Assembly (NCBI GenBank): GCA_964472505.1
Contig: CAYYQW010000002.1
Location: 43,750 to 107,749 of the forward strand
From: an uncultured Bacteroidaceae bacterium
GTDB lineage: Bacteria; Bacteroidota; Bacteroidia; Bacteroidales; JAADGE01
Reading direction: 5' to 3'
Length of the DNA: 64,000 nt
In this document: positions 20,667 through 30,540 of the stretch, in pieces
Layout: every line of letters starts with the position of its first letter
Position numbering within the stretch: position 1 is the first letter of the stretch
Translations under genes and position numbers: made by a program
Notes under the pieces: generated by a model
The model's database searches: none
What the model was told of the DNA's origin: nothing
The model's input: only the letters and a program-made list of their open reading frames with translations

Positions 20667-21049
20667 AACAAACCCATGACTCGGTTTGCAAATAAAACAG
20701 GCTAAATATTATTTTGAGGCGCTGAATGTTATTAAGTCCTATTTTTTTAAGCAGATACTCGTATTTCTGAATTTAACTGCATCTATGTATATTATCGTAT
20801 TAGTGCATTGGCCGGTATAATTTAACCGGGCAATATATAGCCGCTAATGCACGAATAATAACTATAAGCAGTCAGATATTTATTAGTGCATTCGTGGTAA
20901 GTTTTCAATATTGATGAATCCGGAACGAATGCACTAATGCCGATAGTTTTTGTTGTAGTTGTAGCTTATCTGTGAAATAAGGCGGATTACTAATGGAACT
21001 CAACAGCTCAAAATAATATTTTGCCATAAAACACCTTCATGGGTTTGTT
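20667..21049. repeat. Nested inverted-repeat element (MITE-like or structured leader) between metH and the upstream gene
   Basis: The outer inverted repeat is 13 bp (AACAAACCCATGA at 20667-20679, complement at 21037-21049). A second 15-bp inverted repeat follows (AAATATTATTTTGAG at 20704-20718, complement at 21007-21021). Inside is a perfect 14-bp hairpin, ATTAGTGCATTCGT...ACGAATGCACTAAT, at about 20882-20938. A second, weaker hairpin at about 20798-20855 shares the GTGCATT core. Confidence 0.6.
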
Positions 21050-21053
21050 TCTG

Positions 21054-21680
21054 TCATTTTATTTTAACCACAATATCGTTTAAGATTCGTGTGTTGCCGT
21101 CGGGGCCTTTGGCGTGAATATTTTCAAAAATCAATCGCTCGCCGGATTGTAATTTTTTTATGGCAGATTGCTGCTCTTTTGAGAAAAATGCGGAACTCGA
21201 TTCATATGTTTTTTCATCGATGAGAAGCGAGAAATCACTAATTTCAAAATTAAATTTTGGATATTCCGTTAAAAGATCTATTCCTTCAAGCGCCAATAAT
21301 TCATCAACGCTAAACAGTCCGCCTTTACGATTTTGATTATCGCCGAGCACGGCTTTAGGCTTGGGAAGATCGCGCAATTCAAGCTTATATTTGCCTATTA
21401 TTCGGTCTTCATGCACAAGCCTTATTTCGGCTTCATCTTGCGAAGTTTCGGCGGGTATTTTCAGAACGGACTTGCAAGCTTCTTTGGAAGAAGACCAACT
21501 CCCCACATCGGTTAAAACGGAAATCTCGTTACAGGGAATTTCTTCAGCCATTATCACTAAATCATTTGAAACGCCTTTAAAAACATAATTGTTATCAACA
21601 ACTGACAGCACGGATACCTGTGCCGACAATGAAAAAATGCCAAAAAATAATGCTGTGAATAATACTACAAAGTTTTTCAT
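21054..21680 (-). CDS. Secreted hypothetical protein
   Basis: The protein has a signal peptide (MKNFVVLFTALFFGIFSLSAQ). The start was moved to the ATG at 21680. No domain was recognised. Confidence 0.55.
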   Translation of the reverse strand: MKNFVVLFTALFFGIFSLSAQVSVLSVVDNNYVFKGVSNDLVIMAEEIPCNEISVLTDVGSWSSSKEACKSVLKIPAETSQDEAEIRLVHEDRIIGKYKLELRDLPKPKAVLGDNQNRKGGLFSVDELLALEGIDLLTEYPKFNFEISDFSLLIDEKTYESSSAFFSKEQQSAIKKLQSGERLIFENIHAKGPDGNTRILNDIVVKIK

Positions 21681-21824
21681 AGAAATTTGTTTTTTGTTTA
21701 ATAAATATCTTCCATAAAGATAATAAATAACTATCACTTTTGCAGACATTAATGACCAAAACTGTCAAAAATTTTGACTTCGAATTGTAATGATTTTTTT
21801 TTACTTTTAGCGGCAAAAATAATC

Positions 21825-23303
21825 ATGCAAAACTTAGAAGCATATTTTGAACGGTATCGAAAAAACATTGTAGGCATTAATGCTGAATTTGAATCGCCTT
21901 ACGGCACAAAAAAGATTATTTATGCCGATTGGATTGCCAGCGGTCGGCTATACGGCCCCATTGAAGATAAAATGAAAAACTTATTTGGCCCTCTGGTCGG
22001 CAATACTCACTCCGAAGCCAGTGAAACCGGCGTAACGATGACACATATTTATCATCGGGCTCAACAAATTATTAAAGAGCATGTAGGTGCCGATAAGAAC
22101 GACGTAATCATTTCGGAAGGTTCGGGAATGACCGGCGTTACCATTAAGCTGCAAAGAATATTGGGTCTTAAAATTTCGGAACGCGCCAAGATATATTGCA
22201 AAGACACTATTCCCGCAAATGATCGTCCGATTGTTTTTGTTACCCACATGGAGCATCATTCCAACCACACATCTTGGTTGGAAACCATGGCCGATGTAGT
22301 GGTTTTGGAACCGGATGAAAATCTGCTGGTTAGCCCTGCCGCCCTTGAAGCCGAACTGCCGAAATACAAAAACCGAAAACTAAAAATAGGCTCATTCAGT
22401 GCCGGCTCAAATGTTACGGGTATTGTACCTCCCTACTACGAGCTTGCGGAAATAATGCATAAACACGGCGGTTATGCTTTTATAGACTTTGCTGCCGGCG
22501 CACCTTATATTAATATAAACATGCATCCGCCCAAAGCCGAACAACAATTGGATGCCATATATTTTTCGCCACACAAAGCACTCGGAGGCCCGGGAAGTAC
22601 CGGAATTGTAGTTTTCAATAAAAGTCTTTACCAAAATGAAGTACCCGACCACCCCGGTGGCGGCACGGTAACTTGGACCAATCGCTGGAACGAGTATCAT
22701 TACATTGATGATATTGAAGCTCGGGAAGACGGCGGAACACCGGCTTTTCTTCAAACCATACGCGCAGCGCTCACCCTTAAACTGAAAGATCAAATGGGTG
22801 TGGAAAACATTATGAAACGTGAACATGAACTTTCGGAACGTATTTTTTCCGAACTTGAAAAAATCCCCGGCCTGCATATTTTAGCCGGGGAGCAAAAAGA
22901 ACGAATCGGAGTTTTTTCTTTTTATATTGATAATATTCATCATAATCTGTTTGTAAAATTACTGAACGACCGCTACGGTGTTCAAGTACGCGGCGGCTGC
23001 TCATGTGCCGGAACCTATGGACATTACCTGCTGCATGTGGATAAAGAAACGTCCCACCGCATTACTGAAAAAATTAATAAAGGCGACTTGGAAGACAAAC
23101 CCGGCTGGACACGCCTGTCGATTCACCCGACCATGACCAACGATGAGCTTGATATCATTTTGAAAGGCATTAAAGAAATTACCGAGAATATCGATAGTTG
23201 GAAAAAGGATTATTATTTTGACCGACATACCGGAGAATTCTTCCACAAAGAAATGCCCCGAAAAACACCGGAGTTTTTTGACAGTTGGTTCGAAATAGAA
23301 TAA
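21825..23303 (+). CDS. Class V aminotransferase / cysteine desulfurase-like PLP enzyme
   Basis: The PLP-lysine context FSPHKALGGPGSTG is present, and the length and layout are typical. The start was moved to the ATG at 21825. Confidence 0.75.
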   Translation: MQNLEAYFERYRKNIVGINAEFESPYGTKKIIYADWIASGRLYGPIEDKMKNLFGPLVGNTHSEASETGVTMTHIYHRAQQIIKEHVGADKNDVIISEGSGMTGVTIKLQRILGLKISERAKIYCKDTIPANDRPIVFVTHMEHHSNHTSWLETMADVVVLEPDENLLVSPAALEAELPKYKNRKLKIGSFSAGSNVTGIVPPYYELAEIMHKHGGYAFIDFAAGAPYININMHPPKAEQQLDAIYFSPHKALGGPGSTGIVVFNKSLYQNEVPDHPGGGTVTWTNRWNEYHYIDDIEAREDGGTPAFLQTIRAALTLKLKDQMGVENIMKREHELSERIFSELEKIPGLHILAGEQKERIGVFSFYIDNIHHNLFVKLLNDRYGVQVRGGCSCAGTYGHYLLHVDKETSHRITEKINKGDLEDKPGWTRLSIHPTMTNDELDIILKGIKEITENIDSWKKDYYFDRHTGEFFHKEMPRKTPEFFDSWFEIE

Positions 23304-23481
23304 AAGTTTCGTAAAAAATAGTTTCAAACTTCCTTAGCCTGTTTAAAACTATTCGGTTTTAAACGAAAAAAAATGCTTATCAGTTTGATATCAATAAGAT
23401 AGATTTCAAAAAAATAAAAGCAAACTTTACAAAATAGCAAGAATATAATCAATATTTTTGTTGAACTTTCGATTTTTTTAA

Positions 23482-23489
23482 TAATTTTG
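23482..23489 (+). promoter_or_regulatory. Putative -7 promoter box (TAATTTTG) for ftsK
   Basis: The sequence matches TAnnTTTG and lies 37 nt upstream of the ATG at 23526. Confidence 0.3.
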
Positions 23490-23525
23490 TGCTGAACTAA
23501 GCATATAAATACCCCTATTTCATTA

Positions 23526-26042
23526 ATGGCAAGAACAAGACGCAAAAAACCCGGGCGAAAAAAGAAGCCTGACCCGATAGACATTAGGTTAGCAAATTTT
23601 TTCGCAAGTCCGAAAACAAAAAACATTAGTGCAGCCGTATTTTTTCTGCTGGCTATTGCATTTAGTATTTCTTATGTCTCCTTTTTATCGACTTGGAAAT
23701 CAGACCAAAGCGTACTGGATATGAATGTGTTCGATTATCTTTTCGATACGGAAATTCAGGTGCAAAATACAGTAGGAAAATTAGGTTTGGTTCTGTCCCA
23801 CATATTTGTTTACAACCTGTTTGGCCTGCCCTCTATCAGCTTTGCTCTTCTATTTCTCGTTTTTTCACTTTGGTTGATTGGCGTGCAGAGATTATCCTAC
23901 AGTAAAATTATCGGGAATATATTATTTTATACCCTTTGGCTTTCAATTACACTGGCTTTTTTTGAATCCGGAGGCACGCACATATTGGGCGGAAAAGTCG
24001 GAGATACGCTTGGCAATTGGATGATTTCGTTTTTCGGAGAATTTGTTACCGGCCTGATACTTGCAGCTTCCATTTTTCTTTACATGTATTATACCAACAG
24101 CCGATTTCATAATTTTGCTCAAAGCCTCTACTACGGCATTATAAGAAAAGCGGGGCCAACTCTTAAAACAGAAGAATACCAAAAACAAGAAGCCGGATAC
24201 GAAGAAGGAAATACCGGGGCAAAAAACGTTGATTTTGGTGAGGAAGGTATTGATGAACGTAAAATAACCGAAAAAATAAACTATCAATTGGACGATGCCG
24301 GGAAAAAAGTAAAAGCCGGAGCCGATGATTTTGAAGTTCATAATACATTTGAAAACGAAGAGGACGAAACAGAGCTGAAAAACAACGGCAATAATGCTTT
24401 TACAAATATTGAGACCCAACAAGAAGATGCCGGCACGGTACCCAATTTAGGCAGCAAGCTATACGGCGATCTGCAATTGGATGTCAGTTCGCACGAAGAA
24501 GTATTGGCCGAAAGCATTAACAACCGGCCGCAAATTAATTTTGATCCGAAATTGGATTTATCCAACTATAAAATTCCAAGTATCGATTTGCTTCAAAAAA
24601 TTTCAACCAAATTTGAGATTAATAATGAAGAGCTGCTCAGGAATAAAAAGAAAATCGTAAGCACGCTCAAGAATTATAATATAGAAATTACCAAAATAAA
24701 AGCTACGGTAGGGCCTACCATTACGCTTTACGAAATAATTCCCAAACCCGGTGTGCGTATTTCCAAAATTAAAAATTTGGAAGACGACATAGCGCTTAGC
24801 CTTGCTGCACTCGGGATTCGTATTATTGCTCCCATGCCCGGGCGCGGTACCATTGGTATAGAAGTACCCAACGAGAACCCGAAAATTGTTTCGCTGCGTT
24901 CGGTTATTCGTTCGAAAAAATTTCAGGATTCCGATATGGAGCTTCCCATTGCTTTGGGTAAAACCATTTCAAATGAAGCCTATGTTTTTGACCTTACAAA
25001 AATGCCGCACTTACTCGTTGCCGGTGCTACCGGACAAGGTAAATCGGTAGGTTTGAATGTAATTATCAGCTCCATTTTATACAAAAAGCACCCGGCTGAA
25101 GTGAAATTTGTTTTGGTTGACCCGAAAAAAGTGGAGATGACACAATTTGAACGTCTCAACAAACACTTTCTGGCCAGCTTGCCGAACAATGACACCGGAG
25201 AATTAATAGTTACCAATAACCAAAAAGTATTGGAAACCATAAAATCACTAAATGTTGAAATGGACAATCGGTACAAAATTCTCAAAAAGGCCATGGCCAG
25301 AAATATTAAGGAATACAATAAAAAGTTTGTAAGCCGTAAACTGAATCCGGAAAATGGCCACAGGTATTTACCGTATATTGTTCTGATTATTGATGAGTTT
25401 GCCGACCTAATAATGACGGCCGGAAAAGAAATTGAACAACCCATTGCAAGGCTGGCACAGTTGGCAAGAGCCATTGGCATACATTTGATTGTGGCTACGC
25501 AACGGCCATCGACCAATATCATTACCGGTGCCATTAAAGCGAACTTCCCCGGACGTATTGCTTTTAAAGTAGCCTCAATGATTGACTCCCGAACCATTAT
25601 TGACTCTCCGGGCGCCAACCGATTGGTAGGCCGCGGTGATATGCTTATAACCAAAGGTAACGACTTGATACGCCTGCAATGTGCTTTTGTGGATACACCC
25701 GAACTGGATGATATTACTGAAAACATAGACAAGCAACAAGGCTATCCCATGCCCTATTTCCTTCCGGAGCCCGAAAGCGAAGAAGAAGCCGGACCCGGTG
25801 AAGTAAACTTAGCCGAACGTGATGAATTGTTTGAAGATGCAGCCAGAATAATTGTAATGAATCAACAAGGCTCCACTTCATTGATTCAAAGAAAGATGTC
25901 TATAGGCTATAACCGAGCCGGCAGAATAGTGGATCAATTAGAAAAAGCCGGTATTGTAGGCCCCGGAAGAGGCAGCAAGCCGCGAGATGTTTTACTGCAA
26001 GACGAATATTCTTTGGAGCAACTCTTAAACAGCCTTCCGTAA
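23526..26042 (+). CDS. ftsK: DNA translocase FtsK
   Basis: The protein has N-terminal TM helices, a low-complexity linker and Walker A (GATGQGKS). It also has the motor motifs IVATQRPS and DSRTIID, and a C-terminal gamma wHTH domain. Confidence 0.95.
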   Translation: MARTRRKKPGRKKKPDPIDIRLANFFASPKTKNISAAVFFLLAIAFSISYVSFLSTWKSDQSVLDMNVFDYLFDTEIQVQNTVGKLGLVLSHIFVYNLFGLPSISFALLFLVFSLWLIGVQRLSYSKIIGNILFYTLWLSITLAFFESGGTHILGGKVGDTLGNWMISFFGEFVTGLILAASIFLYMYYTNSRFHNFAQSLYYGIIRKAGPTLKTEEYQKQEAGYEEGNTGAKNVDFGEEGIDERKITEKINYQLDDAGKKVKAGADDFEVHNTFENEEDETELKNNGNNAFTNIETQQEDAGTVPNLGSKLYGDLQLDVSSHEEVLAESINNRPQINFDPKLDLSNYKIPSIDLLQKISTKFEINNEELLRNKKKIVSTLKNYNIEITKIKATVGPTITLYEIIPKPGVRISKIKNLEDDIALSLAALGIRIIAPMPGRGTIGIEVPNENPKIVSLRSVIRSKKFQDSDMELPIALGKTISNEAYVFDLTKMPHLLVAGATGQGKSVGLNVIISSILYKKHPAEVKFVLVDPKKVEMTQFERLNKHFLASLPNNDTGELIVTNNQKVLETIKSLNVEMDNRYKILKKAMARNIKEYNKKFVSRKLNPENGHRYLPYIVLIIDEFADLIMTAGKEIEQPIARLAQLARAIGIHLIVATQRPSTNIITGAIKANFPGRIAFKVASMIDSRTIIDSPGANRLVGRGDMLITKGNDLIRLQCAFVDTPELDDITENIDKQQGYPMPYFLPEPESEEEAGPGEVNLAERDELFEDAARIIVMNQQGSTSLIQRKMSIGYNRAGRIVDQLEKAGIVGPGRGSKPRDVLLQDEYSLEQLLNSLP

Positions 26043-26089
26043 AAACAGCAATAAGTACGTATAAATAACGTTTTCAGTGAAAACAAAAA

Positions 26090-26767
26090 ATGATTATGAA
26101 GCACACACTTAGTATTTTGATTTTTTTTAGCTTTATTTTTAACGCAAGCTACGCGCAGGACGAAAGCCCGGAAGGCAAAGACCCGAAAGCAAAAGCCGTA
26201 CTGGATGAAATCGCAAAAAAAACAGAAGCTTTAGATAATCTGCAACTAAAATTTCATTATCAAATAATAAATAATCAGACTAAGCAAACGCAAAGCTACA
26301 AAGGTCATGCTTTTATAAAAGGAAATAAATACAAATTAATTATTCCGGCCTTGGAAATTATTTCGGACGGTAATTCCGTATGGACCTACCAAAAAGAGGT
26401 ACGTGAAGTAAGCATCCAAAAAGCAGACCCCGAAGATGAAAGCATCTTTAATCCCGCCAAATTATATACCATATACAAACGCGGATTCAAATACCAATAT
26501 CTGGGCGAACACAGCCGCGACGGCATGAACTTGGCAATAATTGACCTATACCCGGAGCAGCCCGGCAAAAAAAGCTTTACACGCGTAAGAGTTGAGGCCG
26601 ATACCGACAAGAATCGGATTATTTCATTTACCACTTTCGGAAAAGACGGTATTGATTATGTGGTAGAATTCTCCGACTTCAAACCAAATATAAAAATACC
26701 CGAAGGCTTTTTTACTTTTAACGAAGAAAAATATCCGGAGGACACGGAAATAATTGATATGCGCTGA
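26090..26767 (+). CDS. LolA-like outer-membrane lipoprotein carrier protein
   Basis: The protein has a signal peptide and is about 220 aa. The gene sits immediately downstream of ftsK, a conserved synteny. Confidence 0.7.
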   Translation: MIMKHTLSILIFFSFIFNASYAQDESPEGKDPKAKAVLDEIAKKTEALDNLQLKFHYQIINNQTKQTQSYKGHAFIKGNKYKLIIPALEIISDGNSVWTYQKEVREVSIQKADPEDESIFNPAKLYTIYKRGFKYQYLGEHSRDGMNLAIIDLYPEQPGKKSFTRVRVEADTDKNRIISFTTFGKDGIDYVVEFSDFKPNIKIPEGFFTFNEEKYPEDTEIIDMR

Positions 26768-27484
26768 TTAAAAGTTCAAATAAAAATCTTTTGTAAGCCT
26801 TTTATACTCGGGAGAGTAATTATGCCGACCCCCGGTTTCAATAACCAACTTATTTTCTTCCGGCTTTATTTCATTCAAGCCAAAGGTTAAAAGCATGCGT
26901 TTAGGCGCTTTATCCGGTGTGGGAAATACCGTCAACCGGCGCTGCAAATACAAAGCTTTTCGCAAACAGATTGCAGCGAAACCTGAGCTATGCTCGGCCG
27001 GGATTATTACCGAAAAACGAGCGTTTTTTTTCAGGATTTTTCTTACACCCGCTATTAAATCCAAATACTCAAGTTCGGCAATATGTTTTGCAGTACGTAA
27101 TGCTTCCGATTGCGGCAAAAGTCCGTTTTTATAAAAAGGCGGATTGCATACAATATGGCAATACTGTTGGGAGGATATTTCGGAATAATTCTTAAAATCA
27201 TCGTGAACCGGAAATATTCGTTTACTGAAAGGCGAGTTTTTAATATTTTCGCAGGCCAAATCAAAAGCGGATTTTTCCTTTTCGAGCGCATAAATTTTAG
27301 CCTGCGGATTTTTTTGAGCCGCCATTAATGCAATTAAACCGGTGCCGGTGCCAATATCCAAAACAGTATCTGCTTTGGAAAAATCAGCAAAAGCACCAAG
27401 CAAAACTCCGTCGGTACCTACCTTCATTACATAATCGCTTTGCTTAATACTAAACTTTTTAAACCGAAATACCGATTCAGCCAT
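26768..27484 (-). CDS. tRNA1(Val) adenine-N6 methyltransferase (TrmN6/YfiC-like)
   Basis: The protein has a SAM-binding motif (VLDIGTGTGLIAL) and the N6-adenine MTase motif IV (VCNPPFY). Confidence 0.8.
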   Translation of the reverse strand: MAESVFRFKKFSIKQSDYVMKVGTDGVLLGAFADFSKADTVLDIGTGTGLIALMAAQKNPQAKIYALEKEKSAFDLACENIKNSPFSKRIFPVHDDFKNYSEISSQQYCHIVCNPPFYKNGLLPQSEALRTAKHIAELEYLDLIAGVRKILKKNARFSVIIPAEHSSGFAAICLRKALYLQRRLTVFPTPDKAPKRMLLTFGLNEIKPEENKLVIETGGRHNYSPEYKRLTKDFYLNF

Positions 27485-27498
27485 GCCGATTTCAAATA

Positions 27499-29004
27499 TT
27501 AAAAAGGAGCATTACCATCATCGGAAGGGAAACCGCCAAAATCAACCGGGTCATCGTCGTCATTCATTTTGGATTGAATAGTTGCAAAACCGTCATCGCC
27601 AATGGGCATTAAATTGCCGGTTCCGTAATCCTCAAAACGCGCAAAATGTTCGATGAATTTCAATTTCACATCGGTAACCGGTCCGTTTCTGTGCTTGGCA
27701 ATAATTAGCTCCGCCAAGCCTTGGGTTGAGTTTCCTTCATGATCTTCCAATAAGCCCATTTTTTCGGGACGGTGAATAAACATTACAATATCGGCATCCT
27801 GCTCAATGGCACCGGATTCTCGAAGGTCAGACAATTGCGGGCGTTTTTCTCCGGAGCGCATCTCCACCGAACGGTTGAGCTGTGAAAGCGCTATAATGGG
27901 CAAGTTCAGTTCTTTAGCAATAGCCTTCAAACCCCTTGAAATCATACTTACCTCCTGCTCGCGATTTCCGCGTGTTTCGGGCGGCCCGCTCATGAGTTGT
28001 AAGTAGTCAATTATGATTAAGTGAATATCATGTTTTTGAGTTAATTGGCGGCATTTTGAGCGCAGCTCAAACAAACTGATGGCCGGTGTATCATCAATAA
28101 AAATTCCGGCGTCATACAAGTTACTTACTTTGCTTTCCAGTTGCTTCCATTCATTATCGGACAGTTTTCCGGATCTAATTTTGTTACTGTCCAGCTCTGT
28201 TTCTGATGAAATCAGTCGGTTAACCAATTGCACGGAAGACATCTCCAAGGAAAACAGAGCCACATTCTTTTTATGTTCAACGGCCATATTGCGCGTCATA
28301 GACAATACGAAAGCCGTTTTACCCATAGAAGGGCGAGCGGCAATAATCACTAAATCGGAAGGTTGCCAACCGGAAGTTACGCGATCCAAATCGGCAAATC
28401 CGGCCGGGGCTCCGCTCAAACTGTCTTCGCGTTGGTAGCGTTGTTCCAGCTCGTCGAGGGCTTGATCCATAACCACATTAATACGTTCGGTAGATTTTTT
28501 TACGCTGCCCATGGCCAGCTCAAAAACTTCTTTTTGTGAAAATTCCAGAAGATCATCCACATCGGAACTTTCGTCATAAGCCTTACTTTGAATTTCGGAA
28601 CAAAGTACAATAAGCTTTCGCTGAATATATTTTTCGGCTATAATTTTCGCATGATAATTGATATGCGCACCGGTGCCCACGCGGGTTGTGAGTCCTACAA
28701 CATAACCCGGCCCTCCGACCGATTCAAGATCTTCGTTCTTTTTAAGCTGTTCCAAAACTGTATGGTAGTCAATGGGGCGGCTGTTGGTTGATAAATCTTT
28801 TATCGCCTGAAAAATCTTTTGATTGGCCGGCTCATAAAAACTCTCCGGACTTAATAAGCCTAAAACATCAATTTCCCGATTTTTTTCCAGCATGATTGCT
28901 CCCAATACATCTTTCTCAATTTCAATTGCCTGCGGAGGAAGCTTGCCTAATTCTTTTTCATAATCAAACACTTTGGTTTTTTGGTATCCGTTCTTTTTTG
29001 CCAT
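27499..29004 (-). CDS. dnaB: Replicative DNA helicase
   Basis: The protein has Walker A (ARPSMGKTAF), the IIDYLQLM motif and the QLNRSVE motif. It also has an acidic C-terminal extension. Confidence 0.95.
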   Translation of the reverse strand: MAKKNGYQKTKVFDYEKELGKLPPQAIEIEKDVLGAIMLEKNREIDVLGLLSPESFYEPANQKIFQAIKDLSTNSRPIDYHTVLEQLKKNEDLESVGGPGYVVGLTTRVGTGAHINYHAKIIAEKYIQRKLIVLCSEIQSKAYDESSDVDDLLEFSQKEVFELAMGSVKKSTERINVVMDQALDELEQRYQREDSLSGAPAGFADLDRVTSGWQPSDLVIIAARPSMGKTAFVLSMTRNMAVEHKKNVALFSLEMSSVQLVNRLISSETELDSNKIRSGKLSDNEWKQLESKVSNLYDAGIFIDDTPAISLFELRSKCRQLTQKHDIHLIIIDYLQLMSGPPETRGNREQEVSMISRGLKAIAKELNLPIIALSQLNRSVEMRSGEKRPQLSDLRESGAIEQDADIVMFIHRPEKMGLLEDHEGNSTQGLAELIIAKHRNGPVTDVKLKFIEHFARFEDYGTGNLMPIGDDGFATIQSKMNDDDDPVDFGGFPSDDGNAPF

Positions 29005-29195
29005 AATTCTTTGTAATATATTCCGATGGTTATAAAATCAACTTTCAAAAACTTGTAAGCAGGCTACAAACATACAACATTTGTAGGTTTGTATAAATGA
29101 ATTTGACTCATTAATATCAACAAGTTTCTTTTTGTTTTTAACAAGACAAATATTTTTTTTGCGCCAAACTTTTGGATGCAAAATCGAGTAAGAAA

Positions 29196-30464
29196 TTATG
29201 TTTTCTGCTTTTTCTTTTTGGCTGCGGGAAATAATACATTATTGAGTATCAGACGGTAGCCCGGAGAATTGGGATAAAGTTTAAGTTCCGTTTTGGGGTC
29301 TCCCACATAATGGCGATAATCTTCCGGATCGTGTCCGCCGTAGAAGGTCCAAAAGCCTTGCCCAAAAACTCCGTGTATATATCTGGCTTCTTCAAACTTT
29401 CTGTTTTGGCCCATTATCAATACTTCGGGTTTTATAAATTCCTTACGAAAAGCTGTGGTTTGACCCATAAAACCTTTAATTACTGCCGTATGGTTTTGAG
29501 TGAGCATGGTAGGCACGGGATCCCATTTGGCCGAAAATTCAAATAAACTAAAATAGTCATTATCGGGCTGAACGGGTCGTGTAGGAGGCACATCAATATT
29601 AGAAAATTCATACTCAAAAGGGTTGCGGCTTATGGTAAAGTCCGTAAAAGCCAGTGTTTGAGAAAAATCTAATTTTTCCTGACAATCCGGATCAGCCGGG
29701 TCACCGTCGAACATGGTTTCGCAGATATCGGTATTTTGAGCGGCCAAGGCAATATCATAGGTATCGGTAGCCGAGCACATGACAAATAAAAAGCCGCCGT
29801 TCATGATGTACTCTTTAATCTGCATCACAACAAAAAGCTTAAGCTCTGAAACTTTCCCGAAACCTAAAGCAAGTGCGTCGGCTTCGGCTTTTCTTTTAGT
29901 TTCGATATACCAAGGTGCGTTTCTGTATGCTCCGTAAAATTTACCGTACTGACCCGTAAAATCTTCATGATGCAAGTGCAACCAATCGTAATCAGCCAAT
30001 TTTCCTTCAATAACTTCTTTGTCATAAATCATATCATGAGGGATTTCGGCATAAGTCAATGCCAAAGCCACGGCATCGTCCCAGGGCAACATTTCATCGG
30101 GCGCATAAATGGCTATTTTTGGGGCTTTTTCCAAGGCAACTTTATCCATATTAACAGCCGGAGAAGCGATATTATCGTATATTAAAGATATCTCGGCATC
30201 GGAAACTATTTCATACGAAATGCCTCTTACAATGCATTCGGTTTCAATCTCTCGCGCATATACCATACTAAAGCTGCCGCCTCTGTAGTTGAGCAACCAA
30301 TTGGCTTTTCCGCCGTTTTCAAGCACCCAGTATGTAACACCGTAGGCTTTCAAATGGTTTTTTTGTTGCTCATCCATTGGTATTAATATATGATTAGCCA
30401 ATAATTGACCGGCCAATACGATTAAAACTGTCAGGCTGACTATTTTTTTTATCATTTTTTTCAT
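29196..30464 (-). CDS. Secreted hypothetical protein
   Basis: The ORF is 422 aa and begins with a signal peptide. No diagnostic motif was recognised. Confidence 0.55.
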   Translation of the reverse strand: MKKMIKKIVSLTVLIVLAGQLLANHILIPMDEQQKNHLKAYGVTYWVLENGGKANWLLNYRGGSFSMVYAREIETECIVRGISYEIVSDAEISLIYDNIASPAVNMDKVALEKAPKIAIYAPDEMLPWDDAVALALTYAEIPHDMIYDKEVIEGKLADYDWLHLHHEDFTGQYGKFYGAYRNAPWYIETKRKAEADALALGFGKVSELKLFVVMQIKEYIMNGGFLFVMCSATDTYDIALAAQNTDICETMFDGDPADPDCQEKLDFSQTLAFTDFTISRNPFEYEFSNIDVPPTRPVQPDNDYFSLFEFSAKWDPVPTMLTQNHTAVIKGFMGQTTAFRKEFIKPEVLIMGQNRKFEEARYIHGVFGQGFWTFYGGHDPEDYRHYVGDPKTELKLYPNSPGYRLILNNVLFPAAKKKKQKT

Positions 30465-30540
30465 TAATTTTTACAATTAATAAACCCATATATCGGCAAA
30501 TTTATTTTCCCGATATACCGATTATTTTTAATCAAACTCA

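Noticed and set aside
20613-21053. A cobalamin or SAM-I riboswitch upstream of metH
   Set aside because: I read the minus-strand leader and found no B12-box-like GCCACTG core. I also found no SAM-I GAGGGA/AGATAAG-type conserved segments. The region is dominated by long inverted repeats instead. A covariance-model scan would be decisive.
24980-25732. A 250-aa minus-strand ORF inside ftsK
   Set aside because: It is antisense to the highly conserved FtsK motor domain. It is Ser/Ile/Leu-rich with no motifs.
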